Positions 1 to 9,395 of a stretch of 41,633 nt of DNA are shown here, in pieces. This DNA is from Nanobdellota archaeon (GTDB lineage: Archaea; Nanobdellota; Nanobdellia; Parvarchaeales; Parvarchaeaceae), in assembly GCA_021850635.1 (NCBI GenBank), contig JAJZLM010000003.1, positions 1 through 41,633 on the forward strand, in the 5' to 3' direction. The notes below the pieces were generated by a model. It was not told the origin of the DNA, made no database searches, and saw only the letters and a list, made by a program, of their open reading frames with translations. The position numbers were made by a program, and so were the translations under genes. Positions within the stretch are counted from its first letter, which is position 1; each line of letters starts with the position of its first letter.

Positions 1-1413
1 GAAATCGAATCCAGAGGAGACACTTATAAATATGTAAGCAGATACGAGTGCCACCACTATGAATATGACTATGAATTTTTTGCTGTTTTTTTGGTCTAGT
101 CTAGCCAGTCTTCTGAAAAACTTTCCGTCATGAATGTGTCTCCCTTTATGAGGGTATATCAATCTATCTCCTACGGAGTATATCATGGAAGGCAACAGTG
201 TAAGCGCCGAGAGTAGGACTATCCCTATACCAACGGCATTCATCGCACCAGAACTCCCTATAAATGCCATGTTAAACGCGTACAGTACGATATAGGCGCT
301 TATTATGGTTATGCTACTGATAAGAACAGCACCCCCCGCCCATTTGAGAGATAGGCTAGCCGCTTTCTGCGGAGTAACACCGTAATCTCGCTCCTGTCGG
401 TATCTATAAAGTATATACACTATGTAATCTGTTGACAAACCTAGCATCAAGATGGATGTTATAGCAGGGTCGAAAAAGGATATGCTCTTATCAGCTATGA
501 ATCTGAAAATGGCAAAGAATATTGCGTAAGCGATAGTAAGGTCCACGCCGAATATAAGTAGGGGTACAAATGCGGCTACAGGAGATCTAAATATGAACCC
601 TGTAACTATTATTGCGATTAGGATCCCTATAATTATCGCGATGGTTGTCCCAGTTTGTGTACTGGATTTTATACTATCAGTAAGCGCGCTAGATCCCGTT
701 ATATATGAGCGGGTGTTAAAAAAGCCGCTTATCCTACCAATTGTGCTAGAAACGGCCGTGTAATTAGAAGCATTTACGACGGCTATAGTAGTGTTGTGCT
801 CAGCGTTGATAAGCGTAATCATGGTGCCGTTTGTGGGCATTACAGGGTAGTGTGGGAAATTGTATGTATTGAATATATACGCTGGAGTCGCGTTGTTGTA
901 CCCGTTTACCGAGTCAGATACAAATGAAAGTAGTGTGGGTCCTGGTTTTAGGTTATCCGATGAGTTCAGGCTGGAATATATCTTAAAGATAGCTTCCTTA
1001 TGTATTGTATAATTCAGTGATTGGCTCACATCCTGTGCAGTCACATTATCAGCAGTGTATAATGCGGATTCTATTATATGTGCCTGAGAAACTATTGCAT
1101 TGTAAGTAGAATTTAGAAGCAAAAACTCAACAGAATACACTGAGGTAAACCCGGTCTTAGCATAAGTGCTACTTAAGTTTTCAAACATCAACTTTGAATT
1201 GTTAGATAACAAGTTCGGGTTTGTGAATACGATTGCCTGCGTATGTGTAGCGTTTACAGCACTTGAATTCCCACCCGTCACATTGTAAGATACTATACTG
1301 AACAGATTTGCTGCAAATGGCGCGGCTATCAGGAAAGCCATAATCCAAACTAGAATTATATATTTTCGATTACGCTTTATCCACAGGTCAAAATCGTTTA
1401 GATTAGGATTCAT
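1..1413 (-). CDS. MMPL/RND-family membrane transporter (runs off the window edge; not in ORF track)
   Basis: ATG at 1413 reads MNPNLNDFDLWIKRNRKYIILVWIMAFLIAAPFAANLFS: N-terminal TM, large N/S/T-rich extracellular loop, then several TM helices with the MMPL-like motif LMLGLSTDYIVYILYRYRQE. Confidence 0.8.
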   Translation of the reverse strand, partial: MNPNLNDFDLWIKRNRKYIILVWIMAFLIAAPFAANLFSIVSYNVTGGNSSAVNATHTQAIVFTNPNLLSNNSKLMFENLSSTYAKTGFTSVYSVEFLLLNSTYNAIVSQAHIIESALYTADNVTAQDVSQSLNYTIHKEAIFKIYSSLNSSDNLKPGPTLLSFVSDSVNGYNNATPAYIFNTYNFPHYPVMPTNGTMITLINAEHNTTIAVVNASNYTAVSSTIGRISGFFNTRSYITGSSALTDSIKSSTQTGTTIAIIIGILIAIIVTGFIFRSPVAAFVPLLIFGVDLTIAYAIFFAIFRFIADKSISFFDPAITSILMLGLSTDYIVYILYRYRQERDYGVTPQKAASLSLKWAGGAVLISSITIISAYIVLYAFNMAFIGSSGAMNAVGIGIVLLSALTLLPSMIYSVGDRLIYPHKGRHIHDGKFFRRLARLDQKNSKKFIVIFIVVALVSAYIFISVSSGFDF

Positions 1414-1488
1414 ACGCTCTCTATGAACCCTTATGTGCAGTGTACAATATAAAATCTTTTCATAAAAACCCTGTTTGGAAGGTTATGC

Positions 1489-1875
1489 TTATTTTTCCAG
1501 TTTTATAAGGGAGACCTGTCCGCTTTGTCCTGGTCTATTGACGACTATGCCGTTGCCGTCAGACGTTTCTATTACGCTACCTTTGGTTATTATATTTCTT
1601 CTAGCGTAGGATCTGTTAGACTCGTTTTTTATTACCTTGATTAGTGTGACTTTGCTTGTGGTCTTTTTGACAGAGTCGAACATGTTGCCAGTTTTCGCGT
1701 GAAGAAGCCTAACTTTCCTGTTTCCCCCCAGCGTTCTAACGTATACTCTTTTGTCTATTTCACCTACTTGTACTGGCGTAATAGTAGCTATCGTCTCGCT
1801 CTTTCTCTTGTCTCTTCGTTTTCCTTTGAATCCGCCGCCTCTTTTTTTAAGGCTGGGGCTGGTGCTTTTGGACAT
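1489..1875 (-). CDS. rps8e: 30S ribosomal protein S8e
   Basis: Basic 128 aa protein with VRTLGGNRKVRL, RRNIITKGSVIET and NRPGQSG motifs. Confidence 0.95.
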   Translation of the reverse strand: MSKSTSPSLKKRGGGFKGKRRDKRKSETIATITPVQVGEIDKRVYVRTLGGNRKVRLLHAKTGNMFDSVKKTTSKVTLIKVIKNESNRSYARRNIITKGSVIETSDGNGIVVNRPGQSGQVSLIKLEK

Positions 1876-1922
1876 ATCTTTATTCTATAATCAAGTAAGT
1901 ATATAAATCTTGTTAATCCCTT

Positions 1923-2252
1923 TTATAGGAGGCCTTCAAGGCCTCTACATAGGTCCGAAAATGCCTTCTCATTCTTTTTCCGGTTGCCCATAGGATTATC
2001 ATGAAACTCTAACGTGTTATATACTCCATTTTCTTTAAGCTGCACAGAAAGCCGCTCTATCGCCAATGAGTAGCCGTTAATCATCGGGCCGAAAAAAGAG
2101 TTAAAACTCATGATTAAAAGGCTGTTATCGAAATCGGGGCGGTATACGGAGAAGTAGAGTCCACTTGCATCAGCAGCTTTTCTCAAGTATTCTGTCCATT
2201 CGATCCCCACTTTACTTGGTAGATCCTTGATTTTAAAATATTCTGTCCTCAT
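1923..2252 (-). CDS. Hypothetical protein (~109 aa)
   Basis: ATG at 2252 preceded by GGAGG and directly after the stop of the upstream MBL gene; no recognisable motif. Confidence 0.6.
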   Translation of the reverse strand: MRTEYFKIKDLPSKVGIEWTEYLRKAADASGLYFSVYRPDFDNSLLIMSFNSFFGPMINGYSLAIERLSVQLKENGVYNTLEFHDNPMGNRKKNEKAFSDLCRGLEGLL

Positions 2253-2253
2253 A

Positions 2254-2916
2254 TTACTCCTCCGATGATTTAAGTATCTCAACTTTTAATCTGTCACCTA
2301 CAAGTTTCTTAAATTCTTCAGCTTCTTTTGCTGTGCCTATACCAGACCCATAGTGCGCCGGTATTACTACTCTTGGATTTATGACAGCCGCAGCCTCTGC
2401 AGCTTCCTCAGGTGTCATAACATACGTCCCGCTTACAGGTAGGAAGGCAACGTCCACTCTGATATCCTTCATCTCCTCTATAAAGTCGGTGTCTCCAGCT
2501 ATGTAAAGTCTCAAATCATCTACTATGAATATGTATCCTACATTACCTTTATTTTTTGGGTGGAATACTTCTTTTCCTGAGCGGAACTTGTTAACGTTGT
2601 AAGAAGGTACAGTCTTTATGGTTACACCATCGATTATTTTTACCTCAAAAGGAGAAACAAACACCTTTCTGTTGCCAAACGTGTCTAATCTAGGTCCGCA
2701 GTCTTTCGGTGCTATTATTACTCCAGAATCAGATATGACTTTTTTTATGCTATCTACATCTAGGTGATCGTAATGGTCGTGCGTTATAAGCACCAATCCC
2801 CCATCTTTGTAATCATCTTCTATCTTATATGGATCTGTGTACACTATCTTGTCCTTACCAGTGATCTTGAAACAGTTATGATGCATCCATTCTATCTTTA
2901 CTCCCTTATATTCCAT
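2254..2916 (-). CDS. Metallo-beta-lactamase-fold hydrolase (UPF0173/UlaG-like)
   Basis: THDHYDHLD, AGDT and IPAHYG motifs. Confidence 0.9.
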   Translation of the reverse strand: MEYKGVKIEWMHHNCFKITGKDKIVYTDPYKIEDDYKDGGLVLITHDHYDHLDVDSIKKVISDSGVIIAPKDCGPRLDTFGNRKVFVSPFEVKIIDGVTIKTVPSYNVNKFRSGKEVFHPKNKGNVGYIFIVDDLRLYIAGDTDFIEEMKDIRVDVAFLPVSGTYVMTPEEAAEAAAVINPRVVIPAHYGSGIGTAKEAEEFKKLVGDRLKVEILKSSEE

Positions 2917-2989
2917 GTTTACTTACATGCATCCTAGTAATTTAATATTTAGCAGAAGTCTTTTATAATATAGTATTGTCTAATATAAC

Positions 2990-3511
2990 ATGATACTTGG
3001 CAATGAAGATATAAAGGAGTTCATAGAGGCTGGAAAACTGTCCATATCGCCGCTTTCAGATGATACCATCAGGGAAAACGGTGTGGATCTTAGGATAGGC
3101 GATGAAATAATACGTTTTTCCGGCGACGGCAATGTAGCTAGGTTATCTGATAAAACTTCTATAGAATCTATATACAAAACAGAAAAGATAATTGGGAATT
3201 TCATTCTCGGTAAAAATGAGAAGATACTAATAAAAATAAAGGAAAGGGTTAAAATGCCAAATAATCTGGTCGGCTTTTGCAACCTGAGGTCTACATTTGC
3301 GCGGTTGGGGATAACGATTCCACCGACTATAGTAGACGCTGGTTATGAAGGTTATATCACGATAGGTGTATCTGGTGGAGCAGTACCTATAGAAATAGGA
3401 ACAGGTACGAGGTTTTTGCACCTAGTATTCAGCACGACTAAAAGCGACGTTACTTCACTGTATTCGGGTGTTTATCAGAACAGCAAAAGCGTAAGCGGTG
3501 CAAAGGTATAA
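2990..3511 (+). CDS. dcd: dCTP deaminase/dUTPase family protein (possibly dUTPase only)
   Basis: VDLRIG, RSTFARLG, IVDAGYEG and YSGVYQ motifs; the deaminase Glu position reads Gly. Confidence 0.8.
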   Translation: MILGNEDIKEFIEAGKLSISPLSDDTIRENGVDLRIGDEIIRFSGDGNVARLSDKTSIESIYKTEKIIGNFILGKNEKILIKIKERVKMPNNLVGFCNLRSTFARLGITIPPTIVDAGYEGYITIGVSGGAVPIEIGTGTRFLHLVFSTTKSDVTSLYSGVYQNSKSVSGAKV

Positions 3512-3535
3512 ATTCTAACAATCCGAGGTAGATTC

Positions 3536-3652
3536 ATGAAAAGAAGCTCCAAAAACTGGAAGAAATATCACAAAGACAGGTGGAAGACCAGGAAAAAGAA
3601 GATGTTAGAGAGAAAGAGAATGAGAAGACTGATGCGCGAGAGGAGCGCATGA
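3536..3652 (+). CDS. rpl41e: Ribosomal protein L41e (eL41/eS32), 38 aa, below ORF-track cutoff
   Basis: MKRSSKNWKKYHKDRWKTRKKKMLERKRMRRLMRERSA; KRSSxxWKK...RWK...RMRRL pattern of archaeal L41e; GAGGT SD upstream. Confidence 0.8.
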   Translation: MKRSSKNWKKYHKDRWKTRKKKMLERKRMRRLMRERSA

Positions 3653-3710
3653 TTCGTAGAGATCAATTATATTCAAATATTTATTAGTGGAGTGCTTTTG
3701 GTTCTCTGTT

Positions 3711-3828
3711 GCAGGGGTAGCGAAGCCCGGCCCAACGCGCAGGACTTAAGATCTGTCAAGCTCTATTGATTAAGATTTGGAAATCCTGCGGCTTAGCGCC
3801 CTCGTGGGTTCAAATCCCACCCCCTGCA
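3711..3828 (+). tRNA. tRNA-Leu(TAA) with 32-nt intron at 37/38 (3751-3782)
   Basis: Acceptor GCAGGGG/CCCCTGC + A73; anticodon stem CAGGA/TCCTG; TAA at 3747-3749; long variable arm; TTCAAAT T-loop. Confidence 0.9.
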
Positions 3829-3882
3829 GTTCTGGTCCCAAAAAGTACAAGGTATTTAAGCTAGCCTATCCATTTCTTTTAA

Positions 3883-4116
3883 ATGGATAGAGATGACGTT
3901 TTCATAGGTATGCCGTTCTCTATAAAAACATACTACGACGATTTTAAGCGTGAGATACCTAGAATAGAAGAAAACATAAACAAACTAACTAAAACTCACG
4001 AATCGAGCAAAAAGAAATTTGAAGAAATGACTGAAAATCTTCTAAAACTAAAACAGACTGTAAATGATCTGTTTGTGGACCTAAGCGGCGACAAGGAAGG
4101 TATAAACAAGCCGTAA
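3883..4116 (+). CDS. Small hypothetical coiled-coil protein
   Basis: 77 aa ORF with heptad-like K/E/L pattern; TATA-like TATTTAA about 25 nt upstream; fills the gap between two tRNAs. Confidence 0.6.
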   Translation: MDRDDVFIGMPFSIKTYYDDFKREIPRIEENINKLTKTHESSKKKFEEMTENLLKLKQTVNDLFVDLSGDKEGINKP

Positions 4117-4175
4117 CCGTAAAATTCTATCATAGTATATTATTTTATAGCCTTGACTGTCTAAGATATTATAAA

Positions 4176-4278
4176 GCAGGGATAGCGAAGCCTGGCCAAA
4201 CGTGACAGACTCAAGAATTTCGCGTTCGGGTCATCTGTTCCCTTTGTGGGTTCGGGAGTTCAAATCTCCCTCCCTGCA
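4176..4278 (+). tRNA. tRNA-Leu(CAA) with 17-nt intron at 37/38 (4216-4232)
   Basis: Acceptor GCAGGGA/TCCCTGC + A73; anticodon stem ACAGA/TCTGT; CAA at 4212-4214; long variable arm. Confidence 0.9.
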
Positions 4279-4304
4279 GTTTCATCTGTCTTAAAGTAAG
4301 AAGA

Positions 4305-6701
4305 TTAACTTACTTTAGATTCTCCGGAATTTTTAGTCACGGTTATCAAAGTATCTGCTATGTTCTTCATTATGTCTTCGTGCGTCACTATGACTATCTG
4401 TTTTATGTCGTTTATTCTGGTGATGCACGTTGAAAGGGCGTTTATGTCCTCTCTATCTAGTCCTGAAGTTGGCTCATCCATAATTAGCGATTCGTTCTTG
4501 TTTACGCCACCCAAAAGCGAAGCTATAGAAGAAAGCGCCATCCTATACGCCAGCGCTACCGAAGTTTTTTCGCCTCCAGACAAAGCCTTAGCGTCTAAAG
4601 TCTCGTTCCCAACCACTACCTTAACGTTATAGTCGTTATCTATGTCTATAGTGTATTCGCTATCGCTCCTTATCTCTGAGAATCTGGCCTGGAAAATAGA
4701 TTTGAACTCTCTTATAAATCTATTCCTTACGTACTCGCGTATATCCCGTATATCGCCTCTTAAGTTCTCCATCATAGACAAGAATTTCCCCCTTTTCTCA
4801 GATTCCTTTCTAAGTGCATCTCTCTTTTTTATTTTCAGCTTTATCTCATCTAATTTAGACTTATTATCGGATATTTCAGACTCACGGGACTCTATGTTTC
4901 CTTTTAAGCGAGACGAATCAGATTCCAATCTTTGTATCACAGAAGATAGTTCTCTATGTCTATTTTCGGAAGCGTCCATCTCCTGCTGGGAGAATCCTAA
5001 CTCGTCTAACTTACCTTTAGTAGATTCTACCTCTTCGTAAAGTTTATTTACTTCAGACTCTAACGAGTCCACTCTGACCTTTTTCATCTCTATCTCTTTG
5101 ATGTCATCTTCTATTTTATTTATAGCGTCTAATTCGTAATTCAAAGCCGACAGGTCTTTTGATAGCGCATTCTCTTCCGAGAGCAGTCTTTCGTATATCT
5201 TGTTCTTTTCTTCAGACAGTTTTCTTATATCATCAACACTTATTGCTGTTAATTCATTTTCCTTTGAAGAGACTCTTTTGGATATATCGTCTATTTTACC
5301 GTTCAGTATCCCTACCTCTTTATCGAGGTCTACCCTACTCTTTGAGGATTTCCCACGCTCAACCTCTGCGTATAATCCTTTTATTCTAGATTTTAGATCG
5401 AGTATCCTAGAATCATACTCTTTCTCTATGTGCCCCACATCTGTTATTTTGTTATTGCACACCGGACAAATCATGCTGCCGAGCGCAGAAGATTTTTCCT
5501 TTTCCAGCCATTTTATATATTCATTTAGCTGAGCTATCCTTCCACTTATTTCTTCTGCTGTGGTGAGAGTTTTTGCGACTTCAAGCCTTTCTTCAGCATC
5601 TTTGAGTTGCTTTTTAAGGTCGTCCTTTTCGTTTAAGAGCGCTGCAATCTCAGATTTTAGCCCGCTAACTTTAACAAGAATAGATCTCTCCAGAGCCTTC
5701 GCCTCAGACAATTCTTTATACGCATCTTTTTCAACCTGACGCTTCTGTTCCAGAGACATTTCTAAGTACTTTACTCTTTTTTTAATTTCAACTTTCCTAT
5801 TTTCATCTATCTTTGAGATCTCTACGCTCTTTTTCTCTATTTCTTTTTCCAGTGTAGATATGTTAGACCTAAGTTTTTCTATCCTTTCTGTCTTTTCGTT
5901 CATCTCGGCAGATAGTTTCGTGTGCTCGTTCTTCTTGTCACTGTAAAATTTGAATTCACTTTCTGCTTGCTTTAGTAGTACCTTATTGTTTTCCAGTTCG
6001 TTATTTATGCTGGTAAGTTCGCTTTTCGCTTTTTCATTGGCTTTTGTCAACTCATTTATCCTACTCTCTATCTTTATTAGATCAGATTCGTCTACGGCAA
6101 GAGCTTCTTCCAGTTTTTTGGCTTCTGCGTCATCCTTTAGTGAAGAGATCACATCTTTTAACATATCATATGTATCGATGTATCTGTTGAGTTGTAGCAA
6201 CTGGTCTATGTACTCTTGTTTAGACTGACCGCTATCGAATATAAGTTCTTTCAATTCATCCTGTTTTATGTACGTTATTGACTCGAACGTTTTGATCGGC
6301 GAATCGGATTCTATCTTCAGCGTCTTAAGTATGTAATCATTTAGGTCAGAAGCTCTATTCTGTAGATCCACAACGTGACCATCCTTCATTATAATATTGT
6401 CAGAATCGTCGTTTCTTACTGCATTTCCTATCTTTTTTAGTCCCCTTTTTATTATGTATTCTGATCCATTCTCCTCGAACTTTATCGAGATGTTACCGCT
6501 CGATGCTCCTCTGCGCAACAGCATCTTGCCTTCTTCCCTGCCTTCGCCTATCTTTCCGAACAGCGCGTATTCCAGCGCCATCAACATCGATGATTTTCCG
6601 CTGCCGGTGTTTCCAGTTATAATGTTAATCCCGTCGGTAAACTTAACAGTGCTGTTCCAATGGCTCCTTATGTTCTGCAAATCAATCTCTTTTATTATCA
6701 T
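4305..6701 (-). CDS. rad50: DNA double-strand break repair ATPase Rad50
   Basis: Walker A GNTGSGKS, coiled coils, central CPVC zinc hook, LSGGE signature, MDEPT, VTH; downstream of mre11; ATG 6701 preferred over TTG 6710. Confidence 0.95.
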   Translation of the reverse strand: MIIKEIDLQNIRSHWNSTVKFTDGINIITGNTGSGKSSMLMALEYALFGKIGEGREEGKMLLRRGASSGNISIKFEENGSEYIIKRGLKKIGNAVRNDDSDNIIMKDGHVVDLQNRASDLNDYILKTLKIESDSPIKTFESITYIKQDELKELIFDSGQSKQEYIDQLLQLNRYIDTYDMLKDVISSLKDDAEAKKLEEALAVDESDLIKIESRINELTKANEKAKSELTSINNELENNKVLLKQAESEFKFYSDKKNEHTKLSAEMNEKTERIEKLRSNISTLEKEIEKKSVEISKIDENRKVEIKKRVKYLEMSLEQKRQVEKDAYKELSEAKALERSILVKVSGLKSEIAALLNEKDDLKKQLKDAEERLEVAKTLTTAEEISGRIAQLNEYIKWLEKEKSSALGSMICPVCNNKITDVGHIEKEYDSRILDLKSRIKGLYAEVERGKSSKSRVDLDKEVGILNGKIDDISKRVSSKENELTAISVDDIRKLSEEKNKIYERLLSEENALSKDLSALNYELDAINKIEDDIKEIEMKKVRVDSLESEVNKLYEEVESTKGKLDELGFSQQEMDASENRHRELSSVIQRLESDSSRLKGNIESRESEISDNKSKLDEIKLKIKKRDALRKESEKRGKFLSMMENLRGDIRDIREYVRNRFIREFKSIFQARFSEIRSDSEYTIDIDNDYNVKVVVGNETLDAKALSGGEKTSVALAYRMALSSIASLLGGVNKNESLIMDEPTSGLDREDINALSTCITRINDIKQIVIVTHEDIMKNIADTLITVTKNSGESKVS

Positions 6702-7863
6702 ATTTGTCAAACCATTCTAATGATTTCTTTTTCATCTCTTCTGCGTTTGCACCGCTGTCTGTTGATTCTATAAGCAGCTTCGCAAGGGCTATCTGTTCGT
6801 CGTCGTATCCCCTCTGTTTTAGGAAATCCGTCTCTATCCTATGCATGTCTCCTTCGCTTACATCCACGGTTACATCATCGCTGTCCATAAGTTTTGAAGT
6901 GTTTATACTAGTATATGAATATCCGGCGTCATCTGCGGCTTTTTTTATGTCTATGATATTAAATTCGCTTCTCTTACCTAGAAGTTTTCCGCTTATCTTT
7001 ATAACTAAGATTTTTCCAGTGTTTTTTGTCAGCTTCGACAGTATATCTGTCTTAAGTGCTAGAGCATCCTTCCCGTCCGCAGAAAATACCAATATATCTT
7101 TATCGCGCGTGTTCAGTATCTTATATTCTATAGAAGATATCCCTCTATCGCTGTATTCCACTACGTAAAAGCCCCTGTTCGGGTTATCTATTATCTCCTT
7201 CTCATCGCAGTACTCCGTAGAGCCTGGATACTGTATTACACCTTTGTCGTACTTTATCCCGTCTTTATGTCCATGCCAGTGTCCCGCAGCGTAGTAATCG
7301 AAACCTTTCGGTAAGCTTTCCGTATCAAGGTCCTTGAATCTCTCTCCCAATGTGGAGATAGTGTGGTGGAATATGAATATCTTTATCCACGTATCAGGGT
7401 CCGCCTCTATGTGGAGCCTCTTGAATATGTAATTCTCTACTCTGCTTCTTTTTCCCTGTACGCCGCAGATGAACGCGTTGCGGTAGGTCTCTCCTTTTAG
7501 AATAAATTTGTCTTCCTCATTTTTTACGTACCTCTTGGAGTTAAGATTTACCAAGAGACCGTTCCTATCGAAAAGTTCCAGTATGCTATCCCTCTCCCCT
7601 ATACCCACGTCGTGTGAACCAGGCACTATGAAGATTTTTATGTCAGCTTCTTTTAACCTGTTAAGCTGATCAGTTACGAAAAGAAGCGCGTCTAAACTAG
7701 GGTTTCCTTCGTTGAACATGTCGCCTGCATGCACTATGAAATCGACTTTATCGTTTATGGCGAAATCTATCACCTGTCTGAACGAGTCTTGGATATCTGC
7801 GTTTCTAGTGTCATTCTTATACACAGCACCGATATGCGTGTCGCCGACATGTATGAATTTCAT
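6682..7863 (-). CDS. mre11: DNA double-strand break repair nuclease Mre11
   Basis: GDTHIG, AGDMF, PGSHD, GHWH and YPGS phosphoesterase motifs; adjacent to rad50. Confidence 0.93.
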   Translation of the reverse strand: MKFIHVGDTHIGAVYKNDTRNADIQDSFRQVIDFAINDKVDFIVHAGDMFNEGNPSLDALLFVTDQLNRLKEADIKIFIVPGSHDVGIGERDSILELFDRNGLLVNLNSKRYVKNEEDKFILKGETYRNAFICGVQGKRSRVENYIFKRLHIEADPDTWIKIFIFHHTISTLGERFKDLDTESLPKGFDYYAAGHWHGHKDGIKYDKGVIQYPGSTEYCDEKEIIDNPNRGFYVVEYSDRGISSIEYKILNTRDKDILVFSADGKDALALKTDILSKLTKNTGKILVIKISGKLLGKRSEFNIIDIKKAADDAGYSYTSINTSKLMDSDDVTVDVSEGDMHRIETDFLKQRGYDDEQIALAKLLIESTDSGANAEEMKKKSLEWFDKYDNKRD

Positions 7864-7946
7864 GAATACTCTTTGAGACCATTAAATTTAACTCTTTCAC
7901 AAATTGTATACAATAGGCTTATAACCTTCGGATAGGCTATGTAATT

Positions 7947-8354
7947 ATGGAAGATAAATACGTCTACGACGAGACCGTTAGGATATACGATACAGACGCG
8001 CAAGGTGTAGTGCACTATGCTGGTTATTATAGGTTCTTTACTGATGCATTGGAGCAGTTCGCCAACCAGAAAGCGAAAAGGATGTATCCTCTTGTAAACG
8101 AGAAGGTATGGTTTGTAGTGGTAGAGTCCAACGCGAAATATTATAAATCTGCTAGGGTTGGTGACAAGCTAAAAGTAGGATTGGTTCCTACTCAACTCTC
8201 TAGCAAGGCACTGCGTTTCGATTTTGATATAAGGCGCGGTGAAGATTTGCTGTGCGAAGGTTACATAGTACAGGTAGCTATAGACAAGGATAAATGGAAG
8301 GCCACAGAGATACCTAAAGACGTGGTCGAAAACATATTTCAGAAGAAATCTTGA
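7947..8354 (+). CDS. Hot-dog-fold acyl-CoA thioesterase (YbgC/4HBT-like)
   Basis: VRIYDTDAQGVVHYAGYYRFF motif. Confidence 0.88.
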   Translation: MEDKYVYDETVRIYDTDAQGVVHYAGYYRFFTDALEQFANQKAKRMYPLVNEKVWFVVVESNAKYYKSARVGDKLKVGLVPTQLSSKALRFDFDIRRGEDLLCEGYIVQVAIDKDKWKATEIPKDVVENIFQKKS

Positions 8355-8995
8355 AGCTTCTTGTCATCTATGTTCTTTAATGTAGCCCACGTGCTGCGTA
8401 TGTACTTCTTGTATTTTTTGTCGTGTATTAGCCCGTTTGCTTTTATTATACTAAGAAACCTTATCGTTCTAGGATCAGACGGATAACCGCTTCCAAAATC
8501 GTACTCGAGCTCCTTCTTTATGGAAGCAACCTCTCTTTCTCTAAGTGCTTTTGCCAGTATAGACGCAGCGGAAACCTCCACGTAGTTTCTATCTGCATAG
8601 TTTTCAACTATTAGGTCTTTTCCCGGTATCTTTTTTTCCAAAAACGCTTTTATTTTCTTGGTATTTGCGCTAGGGGAGTCTATTATGACAGTATCGCCTA
8701 CTAGGAAGTTTGCTATTTCTATCATCTTGTCAAGCTCCATTAGATTCAAGTTTGTTCCGTCCTTGTATCTGGTATCTATAGACTCTGGTTCTATCTTCTC
8801 TGTCTTGTAACCAGAAGAATTCTCAACTATAATTTTCTCTAATTGGTATATCCTGCGTATGCTAAGAAGCTTAGAGTCCTTTACTCCAGCGGCTTTCATC
8901 CTCGCTGCAACATCCGGTTCAAGACTCGCTCCGGCTACTATAAGCGGACCTATGACAGGGCCCCTACCAGCTTCGTCTATACCGATTCTATTCAT
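8339..8995 (-). CDS. rnhB: Ribonuclease HII
   Basis: GIDEAGRGPVIGP, DSKLL, SAASILAK, GSGYPSDP. Confidence 0.97.
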   Translation of the reverse strand: MNRIGIDEAGRGPVIGPLIVAGASLEPDVAARMKAAGVKDSKLLSIRRIYQLEKIIVENSSGYKTEKIEPESIDTRYKDGTNLNLMELDKMIEIANFLVGDTVIIDSPSANTKKIKAFLEKKIPGKDLIVENYADRNYVEVSAASILAKALREREVASIKKELEYDFGSGYPSDPRTIRFLSIIKANGLIHDKKYKKYIRSTWATLKNIDDKKLQDFF

Positions 8996-9320
8996 CTTTT
9001 ATACCTCTTGGTTTTGCCGTTTGATCCGACCTGTATCTTGCATGTCCGAATTGTATTATCATTTTTATCCCAAGTCGATCTAATCCAAGAGGTATATCGC
9101 ATGCTCCGTACGTGCTGCCTCCCCAAATGAATACTTCAGCTCCTGAATTCCTTTGTATAAAGTCAGCCATCTCCAGTGCGTGCATCTTGAAGCCGTCCGG
9201 TATCTGTATGGCGACCTTTTTGTAACTTTTGGATTTTATATAATCTATTATATAATCGAAGTCTATATCGTAGCTGTCACATAGCATTTTAATGCCCTCG
9301 TTATCAAGCTCGTATTTCAT
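8988..9320 (-). CDS. dph2: Diphthamide synthesis Dph2, N-terminal domain only (split gene, part 1)
   Basis: KVAIQIPDGFK...STYGACDI...IIQFGHA matches Dph2 domain 1 with the first Fe-S Cys; the ORF ends shortly after GH. Confidence 0.85.
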   Translation of the reverse strand: MKYELDNEGIKMLCDSYDIDFDYIIDYIKSKSYKKVAIQIPDGFKMHALEMADFIQRNSGAEVFIWGGSTYGACDIPLGLDRLGIKMIIQFGHARYRSDQTAKPRGIKDE

Positions 9321-9395
9321 ATATAACCAACACAATTTGGAACAATATTTAATAAGTGTTCGGTATTAATATCTTATACATAATGGAAGATTGCA

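Noticed and set aside
3745-3788. Alternative splicing of tRNA-Leu(TAA) to give a GGA (Ser) anticodon from the intron end TTGGAAA
   Set aside because: No BHB-like geometry for a 32/33 or 33/34 intron; the body and A73 match the Leu(TAG) gene.
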